Of a stretch of 64,000 nt of DNA, positions 53,158 through 64,000 are shown one piece after another. The notes beneath the pieces are model-generated. The model ran no database searches and was not told the origin of the DNA. It worked only from the letters and a program-made list of their open reading frames with translations. A program made the position numbers and the translations under genes. How positions within the stretch are numbered: position 1 is the first letter of the stretch; every line of letters starts with the position of its first letter. Source of the stretch: Octopus vulgaris (lineage: Eukaryota); NCBI GenBank assembly GCA_951406725.2, contig OX597823.1, positions 57,722,001 through 57,786,000 on the forward strand. Reading direction: 5' to 3'.

Positions 53158-53607
53158 AGATTCAGTTACTTAATCAGCTGAATATACGACTTTCTAAAAT
53201 TAACGATTACGTTACTGAGCATGCACAAATACACTTGAATTGAACTACACATATAATCCATACAATGGGCTTCCGAGCAGTTTCCGCCTACTATATTCTA
53301 CACACAAAGCATAGTTTGAACCAATGTTATTATAAAGACAATTCTCCATGATGCCGGCAGTTGTATGATTGCAAAGTAAATTTGTTAGTCTTGCAGTAAA
53401 GCTGTGAATATAATATATAACAAATAGAAGGAAGCTAGTCTTGAACAGCATAAATGAATATACATGTTATTACTTATTTAATCAGACTGTCAAATTAGGC
53501 CTTGCGAAAGATCTGTTACCAGCTTAGTTTTATTGTTACTCGCCAATTGATACACGCTTCTAATCTCTCCTTAAGACGACAAAATTAAGAGGGGAATGTT
53601 CCTTATT

Positions 53608-53949
53608 GAGGAGGAGGAGACCCCCTTCGGTCATGAATGACCATGGGATTGCACCTAGAAAGTTACCCTCCGAGGTACAAGTCCGGGAAGGTTGTTTATG
53701 GAGGGCCAGCAGTCGCCCATGCATACCAGCGTCCCCTCTCCACACCACTGATGTCATCCAAGGGAAAGGCAAAGGTCGATACAGCTTGGTGCCAGTAATG
53801 TCGCAACTAATTTCTACAGCTGAGTGAACTGGAGCAACGTGAAATAGTGTCTTGCTCAAGAGCACAACACGCAGCCCGGTCCGGGAATCGGGCTCACAAC
53901 CGCACGATCGTAAGCTCGACGTTCTAACCACTGAGCCATGCGCCTTCAC
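53608..53949 (-). mobile_element. SINE family C-related, tail type iv
   Basis: Head gtgaaggcgcatggctcagtggttagaacg; cttgagcaagacact box; TSD tgttc(c/a)ttatt. Confidence 0.85.
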
Positions 53950-54929
53950 TGTTCATTATTAAAATATAAACAAATATATTGGCCTAAGTACAGCTCGTTT
54001 CTAATGAAACAGGCAAAAGAATCCAGGAGCTCGAGTCGATTTTTGGCTGAAGCTCTTTCATTGTATCTATGTTGAAATTTCCATCAAGAAATGAATACGG
54101 CTACCTGATCTTCCCGAAATAGCAGTAACATCATAACCCACCGATTAAAAGAGAGTGTAAGATACACTTATTGGAAATCAAGCCGGCTTGATCACATTTA
54201 GAATGCGATTGATCTGATACCTTCTGGATAAGAACTAATCTAGAGCAAATCTAACTTAAGAAATGCAGCTACAGGTTTATTGAATAATCTCAATATATAT
54301 TTTTGCGTATATCCCAGGGATTATGTCAATAGATTGTTGAGCAAATTGAATTTGAACCTGAAAAAAGCAATTTAATTTCAGCTGGGTGTTAATGCGTAAG
54401 CACTGGCTTACGCATTAATACGGGAATCATTTTTGCTTATCAATTATTAAAAAAAAAAAAATCAATATCTATTCCATTCGAAAACTATTTTTCGTTTTTA
54501 AAGCATACGGAATTAAATAGATAAATTATCTAGACGTAACGCACATGATCGGCTTCTGTGGATTTGATCTTCCATCCTCAAAGAACGAATTGTAGAATAT
54601 CTTATCTATTCATTCATTCAGCTATTTCGAGTATTTACATTTTGAAAATATTAAATTATATTTCATCTACTCGCGTACGGCAGTGAAAGAAGATTAACAT
54701 ATTGTCTCGCGGCGTTTATTAAACACACCAAGAGCATTTCCTTTAATGTTATAATTTAAATATGTTTACATATGTTGTGATTAATTTTAATTATGATTAA
54801 TATCAGCCAAGTTTATGAGACCATTTATATATAATTCAGAAAATTTATGAGATCATAACTTACTTCTTGAAACATAAACCAATAAAATAAAATTATGATA
54901 ATGATTAGTTTTGACTAGGCAAAATGCCA

Positions 54930-56040
54930 GTTAAACAACAAACTGCTAATTCTGAGAGACTTGTTGGCCAAGTGGGAAAATGTAATGATGCTTGGAATGG
55001 CATGGTTGATGCCCACGGCGTTCGTTCATTAAAACATTAATGGTCAGCCTTTTCTTAGTACATGTCCTCTATATAAGACACGTTTTAAAGAATATAATTT
55101 TATCCGGCTGACGGACACAGAACAAACTGGTGCACATTGAGGGTGAAATCAAGATATTTTATACATTTTCTGACAGAGATATTAATGTCCATAATATCTG
55201 TAATGCAGACGAAATAAGTGGTGTTATATATTGTAACTATCATTTATCAAAGATGTCTTAGAATCATTTGTATCACGAATTTTGCGTTCATTTTGTTTTT
55301 GGAGTTAAAAATCTACGTTGGCCGAGAAAAAACATTTCAAAACATAAACGTAACTTTGTTAATTATAAAAGAAATCTCTCAAAGGGAAGAACATCGTACA
55401 ATGAAAGTTGTTTAAAGGAAATCTCCCTATATATCTCTTGTAAAAGGGTTACATCAGTGTTATGTAAAAATAGCAAAGTCTTTGCAAATAATAGCTTAAC
55501 AAAACACCAAATAAGCAAAGCATCTAGTTCAAATTGGAGGAAGCGAAAAATGGTAAAATAACTTCAAACCAACCAGAAAGCTGAATTGAATTACAATGTG
55601 CAATTCCAAGGTCAGTTATGTCTGTTTTTATCCTCATGTTGTATGCTGATGGTGGCATTTAAAATGGAAATGGGAGATACTCAGTTAATTTCTGTTGACA
55701 ACTTAGACAAATCTTTGAGGAAAAACTCTTCAAAAATTCTTCTGAGATCACTTTGGGATATAAGAGTCAATTCATTTGTTATAAATCTTCAAATAACACA
55801 CCATGCATGAATTAGCTCTAGCAGATCTTGTCAGCTACGTTAAATACGTTAAATAATTAACATAGGATTTCACAAAAATCCATGAGAAACATCCCACCTC
55901 AGCTATAATCTATATGAAAAAAGGTTTGGAAGCTTGTCAAACATTGTAAAATATTCTTGCGACACAAAATGAAAGCCAGACATCTTCCTGGTGTCCCTGA
56001 TCTTTGTGCTCAGTTAAATGAAAAGCAGCAAAGTGAGAGA
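54930..56040 (+). mobile_element. Highly decayed RTE-like LINE remnant
   Basis: Fragments such as WNGMVDAHGV...NGQPFLSTC resemble the RTE endonuclease G..G.G..N.NG..LL motif; no continuous frame. Confidence 0.4.
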
Positions 56041-56086
56041 TGCGTTTTCTCTTCTTGTATAGATTACTTAGAAAATATATTGATTA

Positions 56087-56352
56087 AAAATAAATAAAAT
56101 AAATGCGCCCTTTTGAAGCCTAGCCAGGCTCATGGGCACGGTTTACCGGTTTCAATGGTGATGTGTTCCCCAGTTGGACGGGGAACACCAGTCCATCGCA
56201 GCGTTACTCATTTTTGCCAGCTGAGTGGACTGGGGCAACGTGAAATGAAGTCTATTGCTCAAGAACACAACGTATCGCCCGGTCCAGGAATCGAAACCAC
56301 AATCTTACGATCATGAGTTCAACACACTAACCACTAAGCCACGCGCCTCCAC
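56087..56352 (-). mobile_element. SINE family C-related head with tail type ii
   Basis: Head as at 53949 (cttgagcaa...ttcacgttgc..cagt.cactcagctg), tail as at 15180-15300; TSD aaatatattgatta. Confidence 0.85.
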
Positions 56353-58434
56353 AAATATATTGATTAGGATTATTATAATATTCCAAATGCGCCTCTCAGA
56401 AACACGATACATAAAAAATCCAAAGTTCAACGCATGACCACAGAGCAAGATTATTTTCTGTTTCGTAGGCTCAGACAAAATTTTGTTGTCTTGAAGTTCG
56501 CATTGTAAACAAGTGGTTCTAGATTAAAATCTTCCTCAGACGTAACTTAGGAAAGTGTTTTCTACTACATTAGTATGTTAAATTAAATTTTTTAAAAAAT
56601 GAGCTTTCAAGCTCATCTTGTGCGTGTGAGTGAGCGTGTGTGTGGGTGCGTCGTGAAGTATGTGTTTGCGTATCGTCGAACGATTACAGGTATCGATGTG
56701 TCGGAATGAATATGCTGTTTGCAATATTCGTTACGTACATGTATCATACATTTACACTTAACTTAGTTTTTATTCATCAGGAAATCAGTAAATTATTGTG
56801 GCTAAAAACACTCTTTTCTCTACGTCGTGATTTTTGGTTCCATCCTATTACATAGCAACTCGAGCAAATATCTTCTACAATAGCCCCGATTACACCAACG
56901 TGGAATTTAGCCATTGGAGACTATGTGAAAACTCCTATGAATACATATATACATAAATACATGCATGCATCCATCCAACCATCCATCCACCCTTACATAC
57001 ATACGTACGTACGTACGTACGTACGTGCGTACATGCATACATACATACATACATACATACATACATACATACATACATACATTACATGCATACATATACC
57101 AAGTGTACCAGCAAAATTGTCCAAATTTTAGATTCAACTTCGAACTTTTGTGTCTCAGGAATGCTTAAAGGTACTTTAATGGAATTATCAGAGATGCTTC
57201 TAACTCTATTGCACTCTCCTTTGAGCAAGAAGAATGTCGATTACTCTGCAAGCTCATCGGAAGAGTCGTGATGAAGTAGATCATGAACGAAAATGACATT
57301 TTCATAAATAATTAACCGTAGCTCAGGATTAGAAATCCATAAAAGAGTGGAATAAAGTTCGAATAGAAGCTTAAAGATTTATTGCAAAGTTTCAGAGGCA
57401 ATCCTGGCCGGAATCCCACCTGGCGCCAAGAGTTGCTCCTCTGTTGGCAATGTCTTCCTCAACCCTCTTTTTGAATGCACCACCAACTTTCTTAATGAAT
57501 TCCTCATCATATCCTCCTCCCACATACTACATATGGAGCTTTTGAGGGCTTCTCTCAAGCCTTTTTGAGCAGTTCATTCCAGATTCTGAAGTCTAAAGGG
57601 TTCAAGTCACGCGAAGAAGGGAGTCAGGTGTCCTTATCCCAAAACCTTTTCCCAAACTCTTCACTGAGAATTTTTTGAGCCACTGAACATATGTGAGACG
57701 GAGCTCCATTTTACTGGAAACACATATATATACATATAAACATATACCAAGAAACAAAAGTTCATAAAGTAACGAAAAGGAAAATAAATTATCTTGTGCT
57801 TTTTGGACAAATTCGCTTATTTTTTTAATCATATATTTTAAAAATCATATATTTACAATGACTCCTCTAAGGTTGTCCAAGAACTAGGTGCCGTTGTTAA
57901 GGTAGTCGATAGATATACAGTTTTCCAAAATGTTTGATAAATACAACGACATAAGAGTCATTCGAGCGTCGGACAAATATCTTCTAGTTTTCCTTCTGTT
58001 CCTCAAAAGTGCCAACTCTATTAATCAAGCCAGGGGTAACCTTTTAACTCTTTTCGAATATCTTTTAACCATGTGAAAAATGAAGGTAACACAATTTCAA
58101 GTTTTCTCACTATCTTCAACTCTTTAGAGGAAAACCATTGCTAATGTAATGCATGTTACCTTATTGGATTCAAATTGAGTCGAAACACTACATTTTTTCT
58201 CTCTGTTTTGTCGTTACTAAAATGACCATTAATATATTTAATTTCAGGATTATACACAGCATTTCTTTATAACGTATCATCTTTCCTTTCGTTACAACCT
58301 GCTGGTGTCAAACTGGTTGTTCAATCGTCAGATGTTGATTACATAGGGGCGACTTCCTAAGTTAGAAATCAATAATGTTCTAATCATTCAAAAAAATTAT
58401 ATCATTTTAGTTGAAAAAATGTAAATGTCCTTCG

Positions 58435-59250
58435 CCAACTCCACCTCCTCATTATCAATTTCTTGTTCTTCCTCCCATTCCTCAACCTCCGCCCCTCCTC
58501 CACCTCCTCTTCCTCCTCCTCCTCCTCCTCCTCCTCCACCTCCTCCCTCTTCCTCCACCTGAACCTCCTTCCTCCTCCTTCCTCCTTCTCTCCTCTTCCT
58601 CCACCTCCTCCTCCACCTCCTCCTCCTCCAACCCTCCACCTCCTCCTCTACCACCACATCCAACACCTCCAGCTCCACCTCTTCCACCTGAACCTCCTCC
58701 TCCTCCTCCTCCTCCCTCTTCTTCCTCCTCCTCCTCCTCCTCCATCCTCCTCCTCCTCCTCCTCCTCCTCCTCCTCCTCCTCCCTCTTCCTCCTCTTCCT
58801 CCTCCTCCTCTCTCCTTCTCCTCTCCTCCTCCTCTCCCCTTCCTCCTCCACCTCTTCCCTTCCTCCACCTCCTCCACCACCACCACCACCACCACATCCA
58901 TCTCCTCCTCCCTCTTCCCCTACCTCCACCTCCTCCCATCCTCCATCTCCACCTCCTCCCCTCCTCCATCTCCACCTCTCCTCTCCTTTCCCCCTCTCCC
59001 CTCCCTCCTCACCTCCACCTCCTCATCTCCTCCTCCTCTTCTCCTCCTCAACTCCTCTCCTCCTCCTCACACCCCCTTCTGCCTCCTCCTCTCCTCTTCC
59101 TCCTCCTCTCCTACTCCTCTCCTTCTCTCCTCCACCACCTCCTCCGCCTTCTCCACCACCATCGCCACCTCCTCGTCTTCCTCCCCTGTCACCGCCACCA
59201 CCGCTACCACCACCACATCTTTCCCCTCTTCCTTTTCCTCGTCATCACTA
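58435..59250. repeat. Degenerate (CCT)n/(CCA)n polypyrimidine tract upstream of exon 3
   Basis: Direct inspection; ~800 bp with very few G on the plus strand. Confidence 0.95.
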
Positions 59251-59367
59251 TTACTGTAGCCATAATTTCCATACAATAGCTTATCGTTATTATATTTATT
59301 CTTTTTTTCACTGTTTATGCAAACGTTATCATAAATGCATTTCAACAAGGTTTTTCACTATCGACAG

Positions 59368-60912
59368 GAACTGTCAGAAAACATCGGACGTTTGGTCAAC
59401 CTGCGTTATTTAGATGCATCTCATAATCAAATTTGCGTGCTTCCTGGTAGTGTCGCAGGCTGGGAGTATGGACTACACACGCTTCTACTGAATTCAAATC
59501 AAATTTCAGAGATACCATCAGATTTCGGAATATTAAAACGCATAGAAACTCTAAATTTAGCAGATAATTTGATTCACCAGGTACCAAGCAATTTTCTTGA
59601 ATTAGTGTCGCTTAAATCTTTAAATCTGTCAGGAAACCAGATATCAAAGTTTTTCACTGTTGGTAAGTTATTCAGCTTGGAACACCTTTATTTTGCCAAC
59701 AATCAGCTTACTAGTATTCCTTTTGACATTGGTAATCTAACCCATTTAATTACTTTGGACGTTGCTGGCAACAATATTTCGTCTTTCCATCCAGATCTCG
59801 GCAGAATCAAGTCTTTGAAAAATGTCAACTTCAGTGACAATGGTATTACTTACTTCCCAACATATCTTGGAGCTAATCAAGTTATTAAAAGTTTTAAATT
59901 CGCTAAAAATAACCTTAAGGAGGAACTCGATCTTAGTAGATTCATGTTTATGGAGGAATTCGACGTATCCGAAAACAGTTTCTACACGTTACCAAAATAT
60001 TTAGGGGAGATGAAATTTCTACGTATTATTGATGTGACAAACTGTATGGTTTCCAATTTCTCAGTTCCAAAATCTATAGAGCAACTAAAATTGTCTGGGA
60101 ACCCACTAGCAACCGATCCAAAATCTATTTTAGGCGTTATTGCCGAAAAGCAGAATTCAAAGTTTCTAACACATTTATACCTAAGTAATATTGGGTTAGA
60201 GGACATTCCGCTTTCTCTTGGTCGATGTAAGATGTTAGAGGTACTAGCCGTGGACCATAACAACCTCAGAGGTATTCCTGATAATATTTGTAAGCTTCGA
60301 AATCTAATAGAACTTCATATTAATAGCAATGAAATAACAGAATTGCCAAAGAAAATTGATGGATTTGTACGTTTACGTAAATTAAATGCGTCTTCTAATA
60401 AGATCAAGGAAATTCCTGAGGGAATGTTAAATATGTGTTTGTTGAACGAATTAGATCTTTCTTTGAATCAGCTTACTGATTTGCCAGAAGATTTCGGGGA
60501 TATGATAGGGCTAAGTTATGTTGATCTGTCATATAATACCATTAGAGAATTCCCTGATGCTAAAATGGATGTTATGGCTTCGATATGTGTCTTAATATTG
60601 ATAGGAAATCGTGTCAATGCTATTCCACCTAGTTTCACATCAATATATAGGGTTAAAAAACTAGATTTGACAGGAAATCATATAAAAACCATACCGAAAG
60701 ACCTATGGAATATGCACCGCCTACAAGAACTCATACTCAAAGACAACGTAATCGAAACTGTTCCAAATACTATTTGTAAGTTGCCCGCTATTAAATTATT
60801 GGATTTATCAGATAACAAAATAATGACTTTTCCAGCTAAATTTGAAAAGATGAAACAACAAGGCGTGGTTATATTAACTGACCATCAAAATCAAAGGAAA
60901 ACTAAAAGTTAA
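59368..60912 (+). CDS. LRR-only protein gene, terminal coding exon 3 (514 aa plus stop, ~21 LRRs)
   Basis: Within ORF 59335..60912; acceptor ttttcactatcgacag|GAA in phase 0; junction LSHNQLE|ELSENIGRLVNLRYLD keeps the LRR register; uninterrupted 1.5-kb frame ending TAA. Confidence 0.93.
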   Translation, partial: ELSENIGRLVNLRYLDASHNQICVLPGSVAGWEYGLHTLLLNSNQISEIPSDFGILKRIETLNLADNLIHQVPSNFLELVSLKSLNLSGNQISKFFTVGKLFSLEHLYFANNQLTSIPFDIGNLTHLITLDVAGNNISSFHPDLGRIKSLKNVNFSDNGITYFPTYLGANQVIKSFKFAKNNLKEELDLSRFMFMEEFDVSENSFYTLPKYLGEMKFLRIIDVTNCMVSNFSVPKSIEQLKLSGNPLATDPKSILGVIAEKQNSKFLTHLYLSNIGLEDIPLSLGRCKMLEVLAVDHNNLRGIPDNICKLRNLIELHINSNEITELPKKIDGFVRLRKLNASSNKIKEIPEGMLNMCLLNELDLSLNQLTDLPEDFGDMIGLSYVDLSYNTIREFPDAKMDVMASICVLILIGNRVNAIPPSFTSIYRVKKLDLTGNHIKTIPKDLWNMHRLQELILKDNVIETVPNTICKLPAIKLLDLSDNKIMTFPAKFEKMKQQGVVILTDHQNQRKTKS

Positions 60913-61203
60913 GAATCAAGACATTGTTAAAACCATTAACAACGTTATCAGAACAATTGTCAAGTTCTGTTTTAAATGTACAAAACATGGAAATACATAC
61001 AAAGAAATATATGTGTATATTTATACACACAGTGACAAAAATATTGCACAAGTTTGATTACATATAATTATGTTAAAAGTTGCAGTATACTGGATTGTTT
61101 TCATGTGAGAAACCGACAGAGCATAATTTCTTGAATTAATGATAATAATTAACAAGTTAATAGAAATGATAGAAATGCTTCAAATTGAGAACACTTTCTT
61201 GTT

Positions 61204-61364
<161 letters not shown>

Positions 61365-62077
61365 GTGTGTGTGTTTATGGTATTTTAGATTCCAAATAAT
61401 TGTTTGTAATGAAAAATGTGACAGAAGAGGAAGTATTATGTCCGGATCAGAAACGCGTACCACATTTCTATTTAATGCAGCTTCTACATTAAAACCTTGC
61501 TGAAAGTATTGCAGTTGAATCTGGATGGCAATACATTATTATTTTTAAAGTAGAACTTCAAAGAAAAATGAAAACATATATTTCAAACAAACTGGTTAGC
61601 AGTGAAGGAGGAAGAAAGTTTTAAAATTACAAATTTGTGCTTAGTTGTACTGAATTATTTGAAAAAAAGTATTGCAATAATAAGTGATATCTATTAACAA
61701 AATGAGAAAACTATATATATGAAAACGACTTGAATAAGTAGCAAAAATATTACAACTATTATTAAAGACAAAAATTTCAAAAAGCCTTTCATTTTCACAC
61801 ACACACACACGCATATATACACAGTACATAGAACATGAAACATGTTTCAGAAGCATGGTAAATTATTCATACTTCCTGCGTTAAGTCATATAAATCACAG
61901 GCCATTTCATCTATTTCATCAGGCGTCCAACAGATTACGAGAAGGGATATATAAAATCGTAAACGCCCTTTCGATTAGCTTTAACGTTTTTGTTAAATAT
62001 ATTACGAAGTATATCTTCATTCATCGTTAAAATACTGGCAGTATTGTCGTGCTTTAAACGTATTTCGAATGCATACC

Positions 62078-62953
62078 TATTTCTTTACTACCCACAAGGG
62101 GCTAAACACAGAGAGGACAAACAAGGACAGACAAACGGATCAAGCCGATTATATCGACTCCGATGTGTAACTGGTACTTATTTTATCGACCCCGAAAGGA
62201 TGAAAAGCAAAGTCGACCTCGGCGGAATTTGAACTCAGAACGTAACGGCCGACGAAATACGGCTACGCATTTCGCCCGGCGTGCAAACGTTTCTGCAAGC
62301 TCGCCGCCTTTTTCGAATGCATACCACGTTAAGCATTTCGTCATTAAAAAGTAGCATTTTGGAGAAATCTCGACAACACACTATATATATATATATTACG
62401 TTAATGATCATCAATTTCAATCTGTGGATATTGTATTCAGCATTGAAATACTGAGATGAAATATTGGGCTCTATTAAAATTCTTTGATGCTTCAAGAAAT
62501 GTATATTTTGTTGGTTTTTTTTCCTTACTACTCTAAGAGTTGAAAAATAAAAGTAAAAGGATGTACCATATTTAAATGTTTGGAATTATTTTTTATTCTA
62601 CTAATAATAATGGTTTAAAATTTTGGCACAAGGCCTGCAAATTTAGGGGAAGGTATAAGTCTGGTACTGACTTTATTAACCTCGAAATGATGAGAGGCAA
62701 AGTCAACCACAGCGAAAGGTTGACGTTTCTTTTGATAATAGTAATAATCCTTTCTGGTATTGGCACAAGGCCTGAAATTTTAGGGCATTGGTACAGTCGA
62801 TTACATCAACCTCAGTGCTCAACTGTTACTTATTTTGTCGACTCCGAAAGAATAAAAGATAAAGTCGACCTCAGCGGAATTTGAACTCAGAACGTAAAGA
62901 CGGACGAAATACTGCTAAGCATCTTGCCTAGTGTGGTGATGATTCTGCCAGAT
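62078..62953 (-). mobile_element. Cluster of SINE family B copies (62078-62310, partial 62610-62720, 62750-62953)
   Basis: Repeated aaagtcgacctc.gcggaatttgaactcagaacgtaa; the first copy is flanked by tttcgaatgcatacc duplication. Confidence 0.85.
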
Positions 62954-62954
62954 T

Positions 62955-62998
<44 letters not shown>

Positions 62999-63070
62999 TG
63001 ATAATGATAATGATAATGATTAAACAAGAAAAGACCGCAGCGAATAGCGAAATCTGAAACCATCATATAT

Positions 63071-63110
<40 letters not shown>

Positions 63111-63139
63111 AGAAAGAAATAACTTCTCCCAGATGCGCC

Positions 63140-64000
63140 AGCACAGCAGCAAATACCTGAAAATGTAAACAGATGGACTGCAATATCTCTACACAAAAGC
63201 TGCAAACATATGAGTAAAAAAAGATTGCCAGCATTAAAAGGAACCAACAGACGGAAGCTGCTAGATATTACTAAGAAAGTAGATTCTCTTATCAGTAGAA
63301 TAGATACTAAAACTATAGGAGACACTAACTTATTGATCTATGCAGGAGCGGTAGTAGTTACTAGAAGATTAGATATTCCACAAGACAAGATTAGAAAAGA
63401 GCAAATGTGGAAACGGAGATTACAAAATAAAGTGAAGATCTCAATAGAATAGATCTAAGACTAACTAGTGCATTAATGAGTAAAGGGTTAGGAAAAAATG
63501 CCGAATTGGAAGTGTGGAAGCTGTTAACAGGAATGCTTTCAGAAAGCCTTTACGAGCACCTTGACACCCAGAATTTACTGCAAGAAGAGAAATGTTACAG
63601 GAAGAAGGCTAGAGAGACGCATGGTTTATTATACATAGGCAAAGCAATTCTAAATGAAGTAAAAGCTTGACAGGAAAAAGTAACTATATCATGGACAGAT
63701 TATAGGAAAGCTTATGACATGATCTCACACTCATGGATAAGTGAACGTTTGAGTATATTCAGTATAGCAGACAGCGTAAGAGAATTGATTAGCTTTAGCA
63801 CGAAGAGAGGGAAAGTAGATCTCTACTCAGGTGACGCAGACTGAGGGAAGGTTAATATCAAGAGAGAAATTTTCCAAGGGGACGTGTTGTCCCCTTTAAT
63901 ATTTGTCTTAAGTTTGATCCCCCTCAGTTTAGTATTGAGGAAGTCAGAGAATGAATTCAGAAACATTATGGGGAAAATTAACTATCTGCACTACCTGGAT
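63140..64000 (+). mobile_element. Dong/R4-like LINE, degenerate RT region (runs off window)
   Basis: WKRRLQNK..., LLQEEKCYRKKARETHGLL..., WTDYRKAYDMISHSWI, REIFQGDVLSPLIFVLSL, INYLHYLD (RT motifs) with stops and deletions. Confidence 0.82.

Noticed and set aside
57130-58380. Possible additional exons or a decayed transposon in intron 2
   Set aside because: No sustained reading frame or recognisable motif, and exons 2 and 3 already join in perfect LRR register.
58397-59413. Pro/Ser/Glu/Gly-rich ORFs next to exon 3
   Set aside because: Translations of the (CCT)n tract; the LRR frame begins at the acceptor at 59367.
59368-60912. Assigning a gene symbol (SHOC2, LRRC40, LRRD1)
   Set aside because: The repeat class is shared by many proteins and no diagnostic non-LRR sequence was recognised.

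Overview
AT-rich eukaryotic genomic DNA, very dense in microsatellites and SINEs. The repeat content is typical of an octopus/coleoid cephalopod, which is an inference. One intact protein-coding gene is supported: a + strand gene with three coding exons (20640-20879, 43587-44093, 59368-60912), joined by phase-0 GT-AG introns of about 22.7 and 15.3 kb. It encodes a ~763-aa protein made almost entirely of ~29 leucine-rich repeats. Most of the rest is mobile DNA: three tRNA-headed SINE groups with swappable modules, mariner/maT/Tigger fossils and MITEs, Dong/R4-, L1-Tx1- and RTE-like LINE fragments, and Penelope-like pieces. The most notable structures are four. (1) A 2.2-kb ORF1-only retroelement with a 15-bp target-site duplication (TSD) inside a SINE head and an apparent 5'UTR intron. 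(2) Palindromic Penelope-type terminal repeats carrying minimal hammerhead-ribozyme motifs. (3) A Helitron-like composite containing a 34-bp SINE-derived tandem array and a ~200-bp inverted repeat. (4) A Dong-in-Dong nested insertion. Nearly all ORFs in the supplied track are microsatellite artefacts. Coordinates were read by eye, and repeat boundaries without a TSD are approximate.
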